Under the pieces are notes generated by a model, which saw only the letters and a program-made list of their open reading frames with translations, was not told the origin of the DNA and ran no database searches. A stretch of DNA of 64,000 bases, from assembly GCA_964576275.1 (NCBI GenBank), contig CAZNUN010000003.1:69848-133847 (forward strand), read 5' to 3'. Position numbers and translations under genes: made by a program. Shown piece after piece: positions 9,371 to 18,755 of this stretch (positions are counted from its first letter, which is position 1; each line of letters begins with the position of its first letter). Source of the stretch: an uncultured bacterium (GTDB lineage Bacteria; Fidelibacterota; UBA2242).

Positions 9371-10601
9371 CAGTTTTAATCGCTTTATCGGTTCGCTCTC
9401 AAACCTGAACCGTCTGGTTCTGGTGTTTGTTGCCCTGCTGTGTATCATTGGCATATTGTCAGTATACAGTGCTTCGCTGAACATGGAGGGCTCCTTCTTT
9501 CAAAAAGGATTCGGCCGACAGATTATCTGGCTGATAGCCGGAAGCCTGGTGGCCGCGGCGATTTTTTTTATACAGAAGAAACTGATTTTCGACTCGGTCT
9601 ATATCTTGTACGGAATCGGCTTTGCACTCTTATTAGTACCTTATTTCCTTCGTTCTTCGGTAGCCGGTACGGCCCGCTGGATACCCGTCGGCTCGATGGG
9701 GCTCCAGCCTTCCGAGTTTATGAAAATATTAGTCATGCTGGCGATTGCGCGCTTCGTGGCAAGCACCTCATATTCCAATCTGGATTTTAAGTTCGTCCTG
9801 ATACCAGCGCTCTTTTCGATATTGCCGATGATTGTGGTGCTAAAGCAACCGGATTTGGGGACTTCGATGATCTACTTCGGATTGTTGTTTCCTATGTTAT
9901 ACTGGGCGGGCGCGCGGCTCTTTCATCTCTTTATTATTATCGCGCCGGTCGTCAGCGTGATAAGCGCTTTCAATTTCTATACTTTTTTCGTGTGGGTTGT
10001 CGTAATCCTGATTGTACTTTATTTTACCAAGGAGAAACTCTGGATCTCTCTGACGGTGATGCTTTCCAATCTGGCGCTTGGTTTTGCCACTCCGGTACTC
10101 TGGGGCAGTCTGAAGCCTTATCAACAGCAGCGGATTATGACTTTGTTCAACATTGAAGCCGATCCTCAGGGGGCCGGTTATCAGGTAATTCAGTCCAAAA
10201 TCGCCATCGGATCCGGCGGGCTTTTCGGCAAGGGCATTGCGCACGGAACCCAGACGCATCTTAAATTTTTACCGGAGCAACATACCGATTTTATCTTTTC
10301 CGTGATCGGTGAAGAATATGGCTTTATCGGAGCGGTGGTGGTGCTGGTGTTGTTTTTAGCCTTTATATTGCTCTGTCTGTATATCGCTTATCGTCAAAAA
10401 GATCGCTTCTGTTCGTTATGTATGGTCGGAGTCGCCGGTATTATCGGAATTCATGTGACGATTAACGTCGCAATGACGGTAGGTTTAATGCCCGTAACCG
10501 GTTTGCCTTTACCGTTTATCAGTTATGGAGGCTCGTTTTTGCTGACCTGCTTTATTTTGTTAGGACTAGCTTTGAATATCGGTTCGGATAAACAATATTG
10601 A
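9351..10601 (+). CDS. rodA: SEDS-family peptidoglycan glycosyltransferase RodA
   Basis: ATG at 9351 overlaps the mrdA end. A 10-TM FtsW/RodA-type protein, placed after PBP2 in the mre operon. Confidence 0.9.
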   Translation: MRRSIINSFNRFIGSLSNLNRLVLVFVALLCIIGILSVYSASLNMEGSFFQKGFGRQIIWLIAGSLVAAAIFFIQKKLIFDSVYILYGIGFALLLVPYFLRSSVAGTARWIPVGSMGLQPSEFMKILVMLAIARFVASTSYSNLDFKFVLIPALFSILPMIVVLKQPDLGTSMIYFGLLFPMLYWAGARLFHLFIIIAPVVSVISAFNFYTFFVWVVVILIVLYFTKEKLWISLTVMLSNLALGFATPVLWGSLKPYQQQRIMTLFNIEADPQGAGYQVIQSKIAIGSGGLFGKGIAHGTQTHLKFLPEQHTDFIFSVIGEEYGFIGAVVVLVLFLAFILLCLYIAYRQKDRFCSLCMVGVAGIIGIHVTINVAMTVGLMPVTGLPLPFISYGGSFLLTCFILLGLALNIGSDKQY

Positions 10602-10683
10602 TTTCTGGGTGGCGTCTGAAAATAAAGTTTCTTTTTTACGGTATAATTTTGTAGCTTTAGTCGCATTTTATGCTCTTGATAAT

Positions 10684-11571
10684 ATGAAACAAACAATAGA
10701 ATTTACATCCAAGCTGAGGCCGTTTTTCAGCATTACCTGTGCGCTTATTCTCCTTCTCGCGGTCGGATTCGCCAACCCGCCCGAAAAGAAACTCAGCAAT
10801 GCGGAAATATCCACAAGCCTGGACGATCTTGGAAAGGATATCACTGATCTGAAAACCAAGCTGAATACGCTGACCCGGGTCGTGAACGAGCATACCACCA
10901 AGTTAAAATCGCCGGAGGGCAATCAGCAGATGACCGGGATCAGTCAGGCGATCGAACCTTTGCGGCAGTCGGTTGCCGGTCTGGAGAACCGGATCAACAC
11001 TCTGGCCGCCGAACAGGCTCAGATGCAGAAACGTCTGTTAGCCGCCGAACAGCGCGCCCATTATTCCGACAGTATCAATTTCGAAATCCTTTCACAGCTC
11101 GTAATTCTGGAAAACCGTCTGGTTTCGCTGGGCAATAGTATTAATGAGTATAATGCCGTTACTCAGACTGGACCGCCCGGTCCAGATCGTTCCGTTCCCG
11201 GCGTGGGAAGCGCCTACAAAGACCGCTATCTCATCGCCCTCAGCCTGCACCAGAACGGGAAATTTGAAGAGGCGATCGAATTATTCCGCAAGCTGATCGT
11301 CGACGACCGCACCAACAGCCTGGCTGACAATGCCCAATACTGGATCGGAGAAAGTTATTATTCCATGAAACAATATCAACGCGCGGTCATTGAATTCGAG
11401 AAAGTAAGTGCTTTTTCTAATTCTGATAAAGGTGACGACGCGCAGTATAAAATCGGGCTGTGTTACAAACAGGTGGGCAATCAGGAAAAGTCCCGGGCAG
11501 AATTCCAGAAATTGATTGAACTCTACCCGCAAAGTGAATTCGCTGAAAACGCCAAACAACTAATTAGATAA
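10684..11571 (+). CDS. Secreted coiled-coil plus TPR protein, CpoB/YbgF-like
   Basis: ATG at 10684 gives a signal peptide (MKQTIEFTSKLRPFFSITCALILLLAVGFA). A long coiled coil is followed by a C-terminal YbgF-type TPR domain (DNAQYWIGESYY...DDAQYKIGLCYKQVGN). Confidence 0.6.
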   Translation: MKQTIEFTSKLRPFFSITCALILLLAVGFANPPEKKLSNAEISTSLDDLGKDITDLKTKLNTLTRVVNEHTTKLKSPEGNQQMTGISQAIEPLRQSVAGLENRINTLAAEQAQMQKRLLAAEQRAHYSDSINFEILSQLVILENRLVSLGNSINEYNAVTQTGPPGPDRSVPGVGSAYKDRYLIALSLHQNGKFEEAIELFRKLIVDDRTNSLADNAQYWIGESYYSMKQYQRAVIEFEKVSAFSNSDKGDDAQYKIGLCYKQVGNQEKSRAEFQKLIELYPQSEFAENAKQLIR

Positions 11572-11578
11572 ACAACCT

Positions 11579-12415
11579 ATGATTAAAAGAATTTATTTTT
11601 TAACTGCCGAGATCATTCCTTTTGCCGAAACCTACGATCTGGCTGGCTTCAGCAAGGAAATTCCGGTGGTTTTCAACGAGCGCAAGTACGATTTTCGCCT
11701 GATGATGCCCAAATACAGTTTCATCAGTGAAAGACGCTATATACTGCGTGAAGTCATCCGCCTGCGCGAGATGGATTTAAAATACCGCGGCGAACAGATC
11801 AAGGCTTCGGTTAAATCGGCCTTTATCCCGAATACGAAAGTCCAGGTCTATTTCCTGGAACACCCGTATTTCTACAATAATGCCGATAATGACCTCTATC
11901 CGCTGCACTGTGAATCGGAAGATTGCCTGAATTCGGTGCGGTTCGGTTACTTTGCCTCGGCGGCTTTGGTGACGCTCAATTATTTGCGCTGGAAGCCGGA
12001 AGTCATTATTTGTAATGACTGGCAGATGAGTCTCATTCCGCTTTTGATCAAATCGAACTTGCTGGATAAGGAATATTTTGACGGCGTGAAGATTTTACAG
12101 ATCGTCCACTCCAAATCTACCTACTCTGATTTTGAATTGAACGAGTACCAGAAAATCGGTTTGAATGCCACGGAATTAAAGAACAGTGTCAACGGACATC
12201 TGGATGTTCTGGCCGCCGCGATCCCGATTTGTGATCACGTTCTGGTGATCAACAAAGGTGAAAATTTACTCGAGAAATATCAGAAAGATCCGTTGTTCGG
12301 CGAAATCTTAAAACACGACCGGAAGAAATTTTCTTCCTTCGAATTAAAAGGTGAATCCCCTGAAGATTGGCAAAATTTGGCAGATGAAATCGTTAATATT
12401 ATGGAACGTTTATAA
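11579..12415 (+). CDS. Degenerate stand-alone glycogen-synthase N-domain (GT5) homolog
   Basis: Aligns to the bona fide GlgA at 62904 (IYFLTAEIIPFAE vs IVFVAAEAFPFAK; ICNDWQMSLIP vs HCHDNQTALIP). The catalytic K-x-GGL motif is replaced by ETYDL. The protein ends at 278 aa with no C-terminal GT-B half. Confidence 0.6.
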   Translation: MIKRIYFLTAEIIPFAETYDLAGFSKEIPVVFNERKYDFRLMMPKYSFISERRYILREVIRLREMDLKYRGEQIKASVKSAFIPNTKVQVYFLEHPYFYNNADNDLYPLHCESEDCLNSVRFGYFASAALVTLNYLRWKPEVIICNDWQMSLIPLLIKSNLLDKEYFDGVKILQIVHSKSTYSDFELNEYQKIGLNATELKNSVNGHLDVLAAAIPICDHVLVINKGENLLEKYQKDPLFGEILKHDRKKFSSFELKGESPEDWQNLADEIVNIMERL

Positions 12416-13634
12416 ATCAAATGCGGACCATGCGTGGTCATTTCCTTTACCAGGTAAGTTTTTACATTTACTCTGGGTAATTGCCTTACCCTTTCTGCTC
12501 CTGCCGGGGTGTTCTGAAAAAATCCCCACCTTGCCGCTGGAAAAAAATCTGGTCAGCTTCGATTCCGTCTCAGTCGCGGCGGATTTAATCGCGGATACGA
12601 CCATTTTAGGAGAACCATATGTCGGCTCGAATTCCTATCTGGTGGTGGGCGAGGATGCCAATATCAGCGCCTATGCCTTATTGCTGTTTGAAGAATTAAG
12701 CTCGCCGCTGGATACCATCGCAATCGATAATATACTCAGTTGCGAGCTCGTCCTGCGTACCTCCAGTTATCTGCCCGCCGATACGGCCGCTACTCCCAAT
12801 CTGAGCATGACGATCAGTTCACTGGAAGCTGATGGAGCTGAGGCCTGGACCGAAGACAGTACCAACAGTGCAAATTTCAGTCTCGACGCCTTTACTCAGA
12901 CTGAATGGCACACTTTTACTTATTCAGATACGGATACGCTGATTCTCGACCTGACGGCCTCATTTATCGCCAACTGGCGCGACACCGAAAAGTCTCATTA
13001 CGGCATCGCGATCAGACCCGCACCAGCTTCGGAGGCTGGACTGGGCATCATTTATTCCGGCGAAACCAGTTATTATCCCTATCTGAAGATCAGTTACATC
13101 GATTCGGATGGCGATACATTGACCGCAGCCTATACCACCGAAGAAGATGTGACTATCCTGACGTTTAAAAAGGACCTGAGCCCGGTTCCTCAGCCGCTCC
13201 TGATCAGTTCCGGAATGGCCTCTTTTACATTTCTGAAGTTCAGAGTCGAAGAATTGATCACGGATAAAAACCTTTTAATTGCCGGGGCTAATCTTTACTT
13301 AACCGTCAATCCGGATTTAACCGAAGATTACGGAAAATACTATACGGTCTATATCAGTCTGCTGGATTCGACCGACTGGGACGACCTGGCTTATACGCCC
13401 TCGACCTCGGATTATACCGCCACAATGAGCCGTTACCCGGGAGGTAGTCTTTTTGTGCTGAAGATCCCCAGCACCGTGCAGCTGTTTACCAGCGGATATA
13501 ACGGCAATTTCGGGATTGCCATGTGGATTTCATCCAGTAGTATGTATCCCGGGGTATTAAGTTTCTACCCGACTGAAAGTGCCGATCCGTCGTTGCGTCC
13601 GCATATGGAAATATTAACGATGCAGGAAGAATGA
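12384..13634 (+). CDS. Hypothetical lipoprotein, Ser/Thr/Asp-rich
   Basis: In-frame ATG at 12384. The hydrophobic segment LLWVIALPFLLLPGC ends in a Cys (possible lipobox). No recognisable domain. Start uncertain, since the track begins at 12351. Confidence 0.5.
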   Translation: MKSLILWNVYKSNADHAWSFPLPGKFLHLLWVIALPFLLLPGCSEKIPTLPLEKNLVSFDSVSVAADLIADTTILGEPYVGSNSYLVVGEDANISAYALLLFEELSSPLDTIAIDNILSCELVLRTSSYLPADTAATPNLSMTISSLEADGAEAWTEDSTNSANFSLDAFTQTEWHTFTYSDTDTLILDLTASFIANWRDTEKSHYGIAIRPAPASEAGLGIIYSGETSYYPYLKISYIDSDGDTLTAAYTTEEDVTILTFKKDLSPVPQPLLISSGMASFTFLKFRVEELITDKNLLIAGANLYLTVNPDLTEDYGKYYTVYISLLDSTDWDDLAYTPSTSDYTATMSRYPGGSLFVLKIPSTVQLFTSGYNGNFGIAMWISSSSMYPGVLSFYPTESADPSLRPHMEILTMQEE

Positions 13635-14857
13635 AAATAGGAATTAACATAATTGTACTGGTTGCAATCAGCACCCTGACTGGTTTGGCTCAGACCTCGT
13701 CTTATTCTTCGTATGGATTCGGCACGCAGGCCCCAGCTAACTCCGTCCGTTTGCAGGGAATGGGAAACTCCGGAATTGCCGTGCGAGACTCAATGAGTCT
13801 AAACCAATCCAATCCGGCGCTCTGGCAGGGATTCGGCAGCACGTCTTTGCAGGGACAATTATATTTCTCCAGCCTCGCGATTACCAAGCAGAACTACGTC
13901 GGCGGTATCTCGAACTTCTCGGGTTTTTCTTTTAAAATGCCGGTCGGCAAACGGGCCGGCCTGGCGATCGGTCTGGCGCCATTAACCAGAATGAAATCAT
14001 CTGTGGACTTTGCCGATTCGCTGGCGTTTCAGGGCGAACAGATCAATTACACTTCCACGGTCGAACTGAATGGCGGCCTCTCGGAATTGTTCGTCGGCGC
14101 CGGCTACCGGCTTTCCAATTGGCTTTCGGTCGGATTGAAAGCCAAGGTAATATTCGGTAATTATGTCGTGCGCAATCATACCGCACTGGTGTCGGATGAC
14201 AATGAAATTGACAGTTATTACAAGCGCTCCATTTCCATAAACGGTAATCAGATCAGCGGAGGTCTTCTCATTATCGATCCGGACGGGCGTTACAGCCTTG
14301 CGGCGGTCGTTGACATGGGTACCCGACTGAAAAGCTGGACGACAACTGAAAACAGTTACGGACCGGATACGACCACCCGCTCCGGCGCCATTGAATTTCC
14401 CACTTTCATCACAATTGGATCCAATCTGCAGGTTGCCAGAAATGTTGCCCTGAATGCCGACTTTAGATATGGTATATACGGGTCGAGCGTTTTTGAGAAT
14501 TTTTCCGTTTTTCCGCAGTTCAGCACTCAGAGCCGGAACTCGTTGGCGCTCGGGGTCGGCCTGGAGAAATCGGCGCGCCGCGCTCTGAGCGGCAACCTTT
14601 TCCAGAAAATAAGCTACCGCGTCGGCGGCTATTATCAGCGTGAGGCGATTTACCAGGATTCCGGGATCAGCGAATACGGAATGACCGCCGGACTTAGCCT
14701 GCCATATTTTAATAATTTGAATCGAATCGATTTAGCATTAACTTACGGAATTAGAAACGGCTTTTTATCAGATGATATTGGTAACGAAAATATATTTAGT
14801 GTTCATGTTGGAATCACGACGGGTGAGCCTTGGTTTCGCAGGTATAAGAGGCGTTGA
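13631..14857 (+). CDS. Outer-membrane beta-barrel, FadL/PorV-PorQ-like
   Basis: Signal peptide (VAISTLTGLAQT), alternating beta-strand pattern, and the N-proximal motif RLQGMGNSGIAV..NPALW. The same motif appears in the PorV-like protein at 18756. Confidence 0.5.
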   Translation: MKIGINIIVLVAISTLTGLAQTSSYSSYGFGTQAPANSVRLQGMGNSGIAVRDSMSLNQSNPALWQGFGSTSLQGQLYFSSLAITKQNYVGGISNFSGFSFKMPVGKRAGLAIGLAPLTRMKSSVDFADSLAFQGEQINYTSTVELNGGLSELFVGAGYRLSNWLSVGLKAKVIFGNYVVRNHTALVSDDNEIDSYYKRSISINGNQISGGLLIIDPDGRYSLAAVVDMGTRLKSWTTTENSYGPDTTTRSGAIEFPTFITIGSNLQVARNVALNADFRYGIYGSSVFENFSVFPQFSTQSRNSLALGVGLEKSARRALSGNLFQKISYRVGGYYQREAIYQDSGISEYGMTAGLSLPYFNNLNRIDLALTYGIRNGFLSDDIGNENIFSVHVGITTGEPWFRRYKRR

Positions 14858-14877
14858 AGATAATAAGAGGTGAGAAA

Positions 14878-16161
14878 ATGAAAGGATATTTTAAGGTACT
14901 ACTAATAATATGTGCAAGTCTGATGATCGCATTGGTCAGCTGTGTGCCCCCGGCATCGGATTCAGCCGAGCCGGTCGCTACTGCGCCAGCTCCTAAACCG
15001 ACCATAGACCGGGATAAATGCGATCTCTATCTGAGTTTTGCTTACAGTTACTATCAGAATCAGAACTGGAGAAGCGCCATAGATAATTATAAAAAAATGA
15101 GCAGCTACGGCTGCGACGAGGAATACGCTCAGGACGTATTCTCTTACTGGGGACGCGCCTATCAACAGCTGGCCGCCGAAAATAATGTCTATCTCGACAG
15201 CGCCCTTTACATTTATATGACTGGCGCCCAATACCTGCCGAATGATATTTTTCTGAAGAAAAACATCGCCTATATCTACCATCTTCAGGGTAAAACAGAC
15301 CTTGAAATCCGCGAATATGAAAAAATGATTGAACTTACTCCGGAAGATATTGAGCTTTACCGGACACTCGTCAAACTGTGCATCAATGCCCAGCGCTGGG
15401 ATGACGTCGTTTATGCCACGAATGAAATATTAAAACTGGCCCCCAACGATGAACAGGCTCTCAACGACCGCATTCTGGCTTATCAGAAAACCGGCAAAGA
15501 TATCACTACGATCCAACGGGAACAATGGGAACAAAATCCGACCAACGTGCGCTATGGCCTGGAATACGCCGCCGCCTTGAAGCAGCAACAGAATTATGAT
15601 GCTGCCCTGGGCGTGTATCAAAAAGTGGCTCAGCTGGAATTAAAAAATCTGGAAGTCTGGAATAGCATCGCCGATATTTATTTCACTCATAAAAACAATT
15701 ATACCGAAGCCCTGAAAGCCTATGAGCAAATCCTGAAAAATATTTCGCCGAAAGATATCAATGTCCTCGAAAGGGCGGCCAAATGTTGTCAGATGCTCAA
15801 TGATTTTCCAGCCGCCCTGAAATATGCCGAGACGGCCATTGCCGCCGCCCCCTCTTCTCCGCAGGCTTATAAAATCAGGGGCGATGTCTACTATGCCGCC
15901 GCAGATCATTTTACGGCCGGTCGCCAGATGAATTTTGAAGATAAGTTAGTTTTTAAACTGGCTTATGACGCTTACCGAAAAGTCGTCGAACTGGGCGACT
16001 CCGGCGTCAGCTCCCGGATCGATCACCTGAAAGAGTATCTGATTCCTACCCGCGAAGAGTGGTTCTTCAACCGCTATGATGCCGCCGGCAAAGCCCGGAC
16101 GAGTTACCGTCCGCTTAATCCGGATTACAACTGGATAACCAGCGAACCGACCAAGGATTAA
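14878..16161 (+). CDS. TPR-repeat lipoprotein
   Basis: ATG at 14878 follows a GAGGTGAG RBS. Lipoprotein signal with lipobox LVSC. Multiple TPR-like repeats. Confidence 0.7.
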   Translation: MKGYFKVLLIICASLMIALVSCVPPASDSAEPVATAPAPKPTIDRDKCDLYLSFAYSYYQNQNWRSAIDNYKKMSSYGCDEEYAQDVFSYWGRAYQQLAAENNVYLDSALYIYMTGAQYLPNDIFLKKNIAYIYHLQGKTDLEIREYEKMIELTPEDIELYRTLVKLCINAQRWDDVVYATNEILKLAPNDEQALNDRILAYQKTGKDITTIQREQWEQNPTNVRYGLEYAAALKQQQNYDAALGVYQKVAQLELKNLEVWNSIADIYFTHKNNYTEALKAYEQILKNISPKDINVLERAAKCCQMLNDFPAALKYAETAIAAAPSSPQAYKIRGDVYYAAADHFTAGRQMNFEDKLVFKLAYDAYRKVVELGDSGVSSRIDHLKEYLIPTREEWFFNRYDAAGKARTSYRPLNPDYNWITSEPTKD

Positions 16162-16163
16162 GT

Positions 16164-16604
16164 GTGCGTATTGCTTTTGGGGCTGACCACGGCGGTTATC
16201 GGATCAAAAATGATCTGATCGAATTTACCGAGCGAGCCGGGCATCAGGCCATCGATTTGGGAACCGAGAGCGGGAATAGCGTTGACTATCCCGATTACGC
16301 CCGAAAGGTTTGCGACGCCATCAGGTCCGGAGAGGCCACAGTTGGGGTGCTGATCTGCCGGACAGGTGTTGGTATGTCCATTTCGGCCAATAAAATTCAT
16401 GGTATCCGGGCGGTCATGGGTTGTAGTGTGGAAATCGCCCGCCTGAGCCGCCAGCACAATCACACCAACGTGATTTGTTTTGGCGCTGATTTCACTACCG
16501 GTGAAAAAGCCTGGGAAATTTTAAAGGCCTGGCTGGAAACATCCTGGTCGGAAGACCGGCGTCATGTCCGACGGGTGGAAAAAATAACGGAACTGGAGAG
16601 CTGA
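16164..16604 (+). CDS. rpiB: Ribose-5-phosphate isomerase B
   Basis: GTG start. RpiB/LacAB motifs are present ([10 protein letters not shown]; [13 protein letters not shown]). Confidence 0.9.
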   Translation: MRIAFGADHGGYRIKNDLIEFTERAGHQAIDLGTESGNSVDYPDYARKVCDAIRSGEATVGVLICRTGVGMSISANKIHGIRAVMGCSVEIARLSRQHNHTNVICFGADFTTGEKAWEILKAWLETSWSEDRRHVRRVEKITELES

Positions 16605-16608
16605 AAAT

Positions 16609-17913
16609 ATGGAATATTCCGATCTCGCCAAACAGGATGCAGCCCTCTTAGCGGCCATTCAAGCCGAATTTGAGCGTGAGCGCCATACCCTGGAACTGAT
16701 CGCTTCCGAAAATTTCGTTAGTCCGGCCGTGCTGGAAGCCGCTGGCTCGGCTATGACCAATAAATATGCGGAAGGCTACCCTGGAAAACGCTATTACGGC
16801 GGCTGTGCGGCCGTGGATCAGGCTGAAAATTTAGCCCGCGACCGGGTCAAGCAGCTCTTCAGAGCAGAATATGCCAATGTTCAGCCGCATTCTGGCTCAC
16901 AGGCTAACATGGCGGTTTATTTTTCACTGCTGAATCCCGGAGATACGGTGATGGGCATGGACTTGGCGCACGGCGGTCATTTAACGCATGGCAGTCCAGT
17001 TAATTTTTCCGGGAAACTGTTTAGAATAATTTCCTATGGTGTAAAACCGGATACCGGCAGGATTGATTTCGAACGCATGGCGGAATTGGCCAAAGAACAC
17101 CGCCCCAAAATGATCATCGCCGGCGGCAGCGCTTATCCGCGCTTCCTGGATTTCGCCCGGTTTCGGGAAATCGCCGACAGTGTCGGAGCTTTTCTGGTGG
17201 CCGATATTGCGCATCCGGCCGGATTGATCGCCGCCGGACTGCATCCCGATCCCCTGCCCTTTTGCCATATCGTGACCTCAACCACCCACAAAACCTTGCG
17301 CGGTCCGCGCGGCGGCCTGATCCTGATGGGAAAGGACTGGGAAAACCCGTTTGGGATTGTAGCCCCTAAAAGCGGCCGCCTGAAAATGATGTCTGAGATC
17401 GTCGATTCCAATGTCATGCCCGGAATCCAGGGCGGCCCGCTGATGCATATTATCGCCGCTAAAGCCGTCGCGTTCGGCGAAGCCCTCCGGCCTGAGTTCA
17501 AGATCTACGCCGCCCAAATCATCGCCAACGCCCAAACGCTGGCGGAGGAACTGTTAAGTCGCGGCTACAATCTTATATCCGGCGGAACCGATAACCACCT
17601 GATGCTGATAGATCTTAGCAATAAGAACATCACCGGGAAACAGGCCGAAAATATTCTGGAAGAATCCGGTATCACCACTAATAAAAACATGGTGCCATTC
17701 GATCAAAAAAGTCCATTTATCACCAGCGGCATCCGCATCGGTACGGCGGCTATGACCACACGGGGTATGCGCGAATCCGAAATGAAAATCATAGCCAGTT
17801 TGATTAACCGCGTGCTGAGCCACCCGGAAGCGGAAGACATCCGCCGGGAAGTCCGGTCGGCGGTCGGTGAACTTTGTGATCAGTTTCCTTTATATCGGGA
17901 AATAAAAATATAG
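16609..17913 (+). CDS. glyA: Serine hydroxymethyltransferase
   Basis: 434 aa with the PLP-lysine region ([17 protein letters not shown]) and other canonical SHMT blocks. Confidence 0.95.
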   Translation: MEYSDLAKQDAALLAAIQAEFERERHTLELIASENFVSPAVLEAAGSAMTNKYAEGYPGKRYYGGCAAVDQAENLARDRVKQLFRAEYANVQPHSGSQANMAVYFSLLNPGDTVMGMDLAHGGHLTHGSPVNFSGKLFRIISYGVKPDTGRIDFERMAELAKEHRPKMIIAGGSAYPRFLDFARFREIADSVGAFLVADIAHPAGLIAAGLHPDPLPFCHIVTSTTHKTLRGPRGGLILMGKDWENPFGIVAPKSGRLKMMSEIVDSNVMPGIQGGPLMHIIAAKAVAFGEALRPEFKIYAAQIIANAQTLAEELLSRGYNLISGGTDNHLMLIDLSNKNITGKQAENILEESGITTNKNMVPFDQKSPFITSGIRIGTAAMTTRGMRESEMKIIASLINRVLSHPEAEDIRREVRSAVGELCDQFPLYREIKI

Positions 17914-17920
17914 GTGATAT

Positions 17921-18370
17921 ATGCGTTGTCCATTTTGTAATTCGCCGGAAAGTAAGGTCATTGACTCACGCGCAGCCCAGAAGAACAATGCCATTCGTCG
18001 TCGGCGCGAGTGTATCGATTGTGGCCATCGCTTCACGACCTATGAATATGTCGTCGAATATCCGCTTCAGATCATAAAAAATGATGGGCGTCGGGAGGAA
18101 TACGATCGTAGTAAATTATCGGACAGTATCAAGATTGCCTGTAATAAACGTCCGGTCTCAGCAGAAAAACTGGAAACGTTGGTGATCGACATCGAAAAAG
18201 AAATCGAAGAGGCTTCCGGTGGCGAAGTGCGTTCCAGCCAGATCGGTGAGTTGGTAATGAAAAAACTGAAAGAGCTAGACGAGGTCGCCTATATCAGATT
18301 TGCCTCGGTCTATAAAAAATTTAAGGATCTCGACGAATTTAAAGATCATATCGAAAAATTCGGCGGCTGA
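17921..18370 (+). CDS. nrdR: Transcriptional repressor NrdR
   Basis: N-terminal zinc ribbon (MRCPFCNSPESKVIDSR...CIDCGHRFTTYE) followed by an ATP-cone domain. Confidence 0.95.
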   Translation: MRCPFCNSPESKVIDSRAAQKNNAIRRRRECIDCGHRFTTYEYVVEYPLQIIKNDGRREEYDRSKLSDSIKIACNKRPVSAEKLETLVIDIEKEIEEASGGEVRSSQIGELVMKKLKELDEVAYIRFASVYKKFKDLDEFKDHIEKFGG

Positions 18371-18446
18371 TTCAAAAAAGCGCCCCCGGAACAAATAATC
18401 TGACGGAGAGTAAGATAAACATTCATAATAAAAAGAGAGATGAGAA

Positions 18447-18611
18447 ATGATATCCCAGGAATTACTCGATATATTAGCCTGTCCGCAATGCAAGGGCATT
18501 TTGGAATATGACGTTGAAAATCAGAAATTGATCTGTCAGGCCTGCCGTCTGAAGTATCCCATCAGGGACGATATACCGATCATGTTGGTCGAAGAAGCCG
18601 AACACTTTTAA
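18447..18611 (+). CDS. Trm112/YcaR (UPF0434) zinc-ribbon protein, 54 aa, missed by the ORF track
   Basis: [17 protein letters not shown]...[24 protein letters not shown] aligns closely with E. coli YcaR (LLEIVACPVCNG...LICK...PLRDGIPVLL). Confidence 0.75.
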   Translation: MISQELLDILACPQCKGILEYDVENQKLICQACRLKYPIRDDIPIMLVEEAEHF

Positions 18612-18755
18612 CTAAATCCAGGAGTTAATCCCCGCCGCCGGTTGTTAAATCACGCACATTATTTCCGATAATTAATCTTCGTAAAAATTACCTGTTTGTG
18701 TATATTACCCGAACCGAAAGGATTGTGTTCGGTTTTCTGTTCTTAGGAGGTTTCG

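Noticed and set aside
12351-12383. Track start of the lipoprotein ORF at 12351 (MNPLKIGKIWQ...).
   Set aside because: That start would overlap 65 nt of the preceding gene. The in-frame ATG at 12384 was preferred, though the start remains uncertain.
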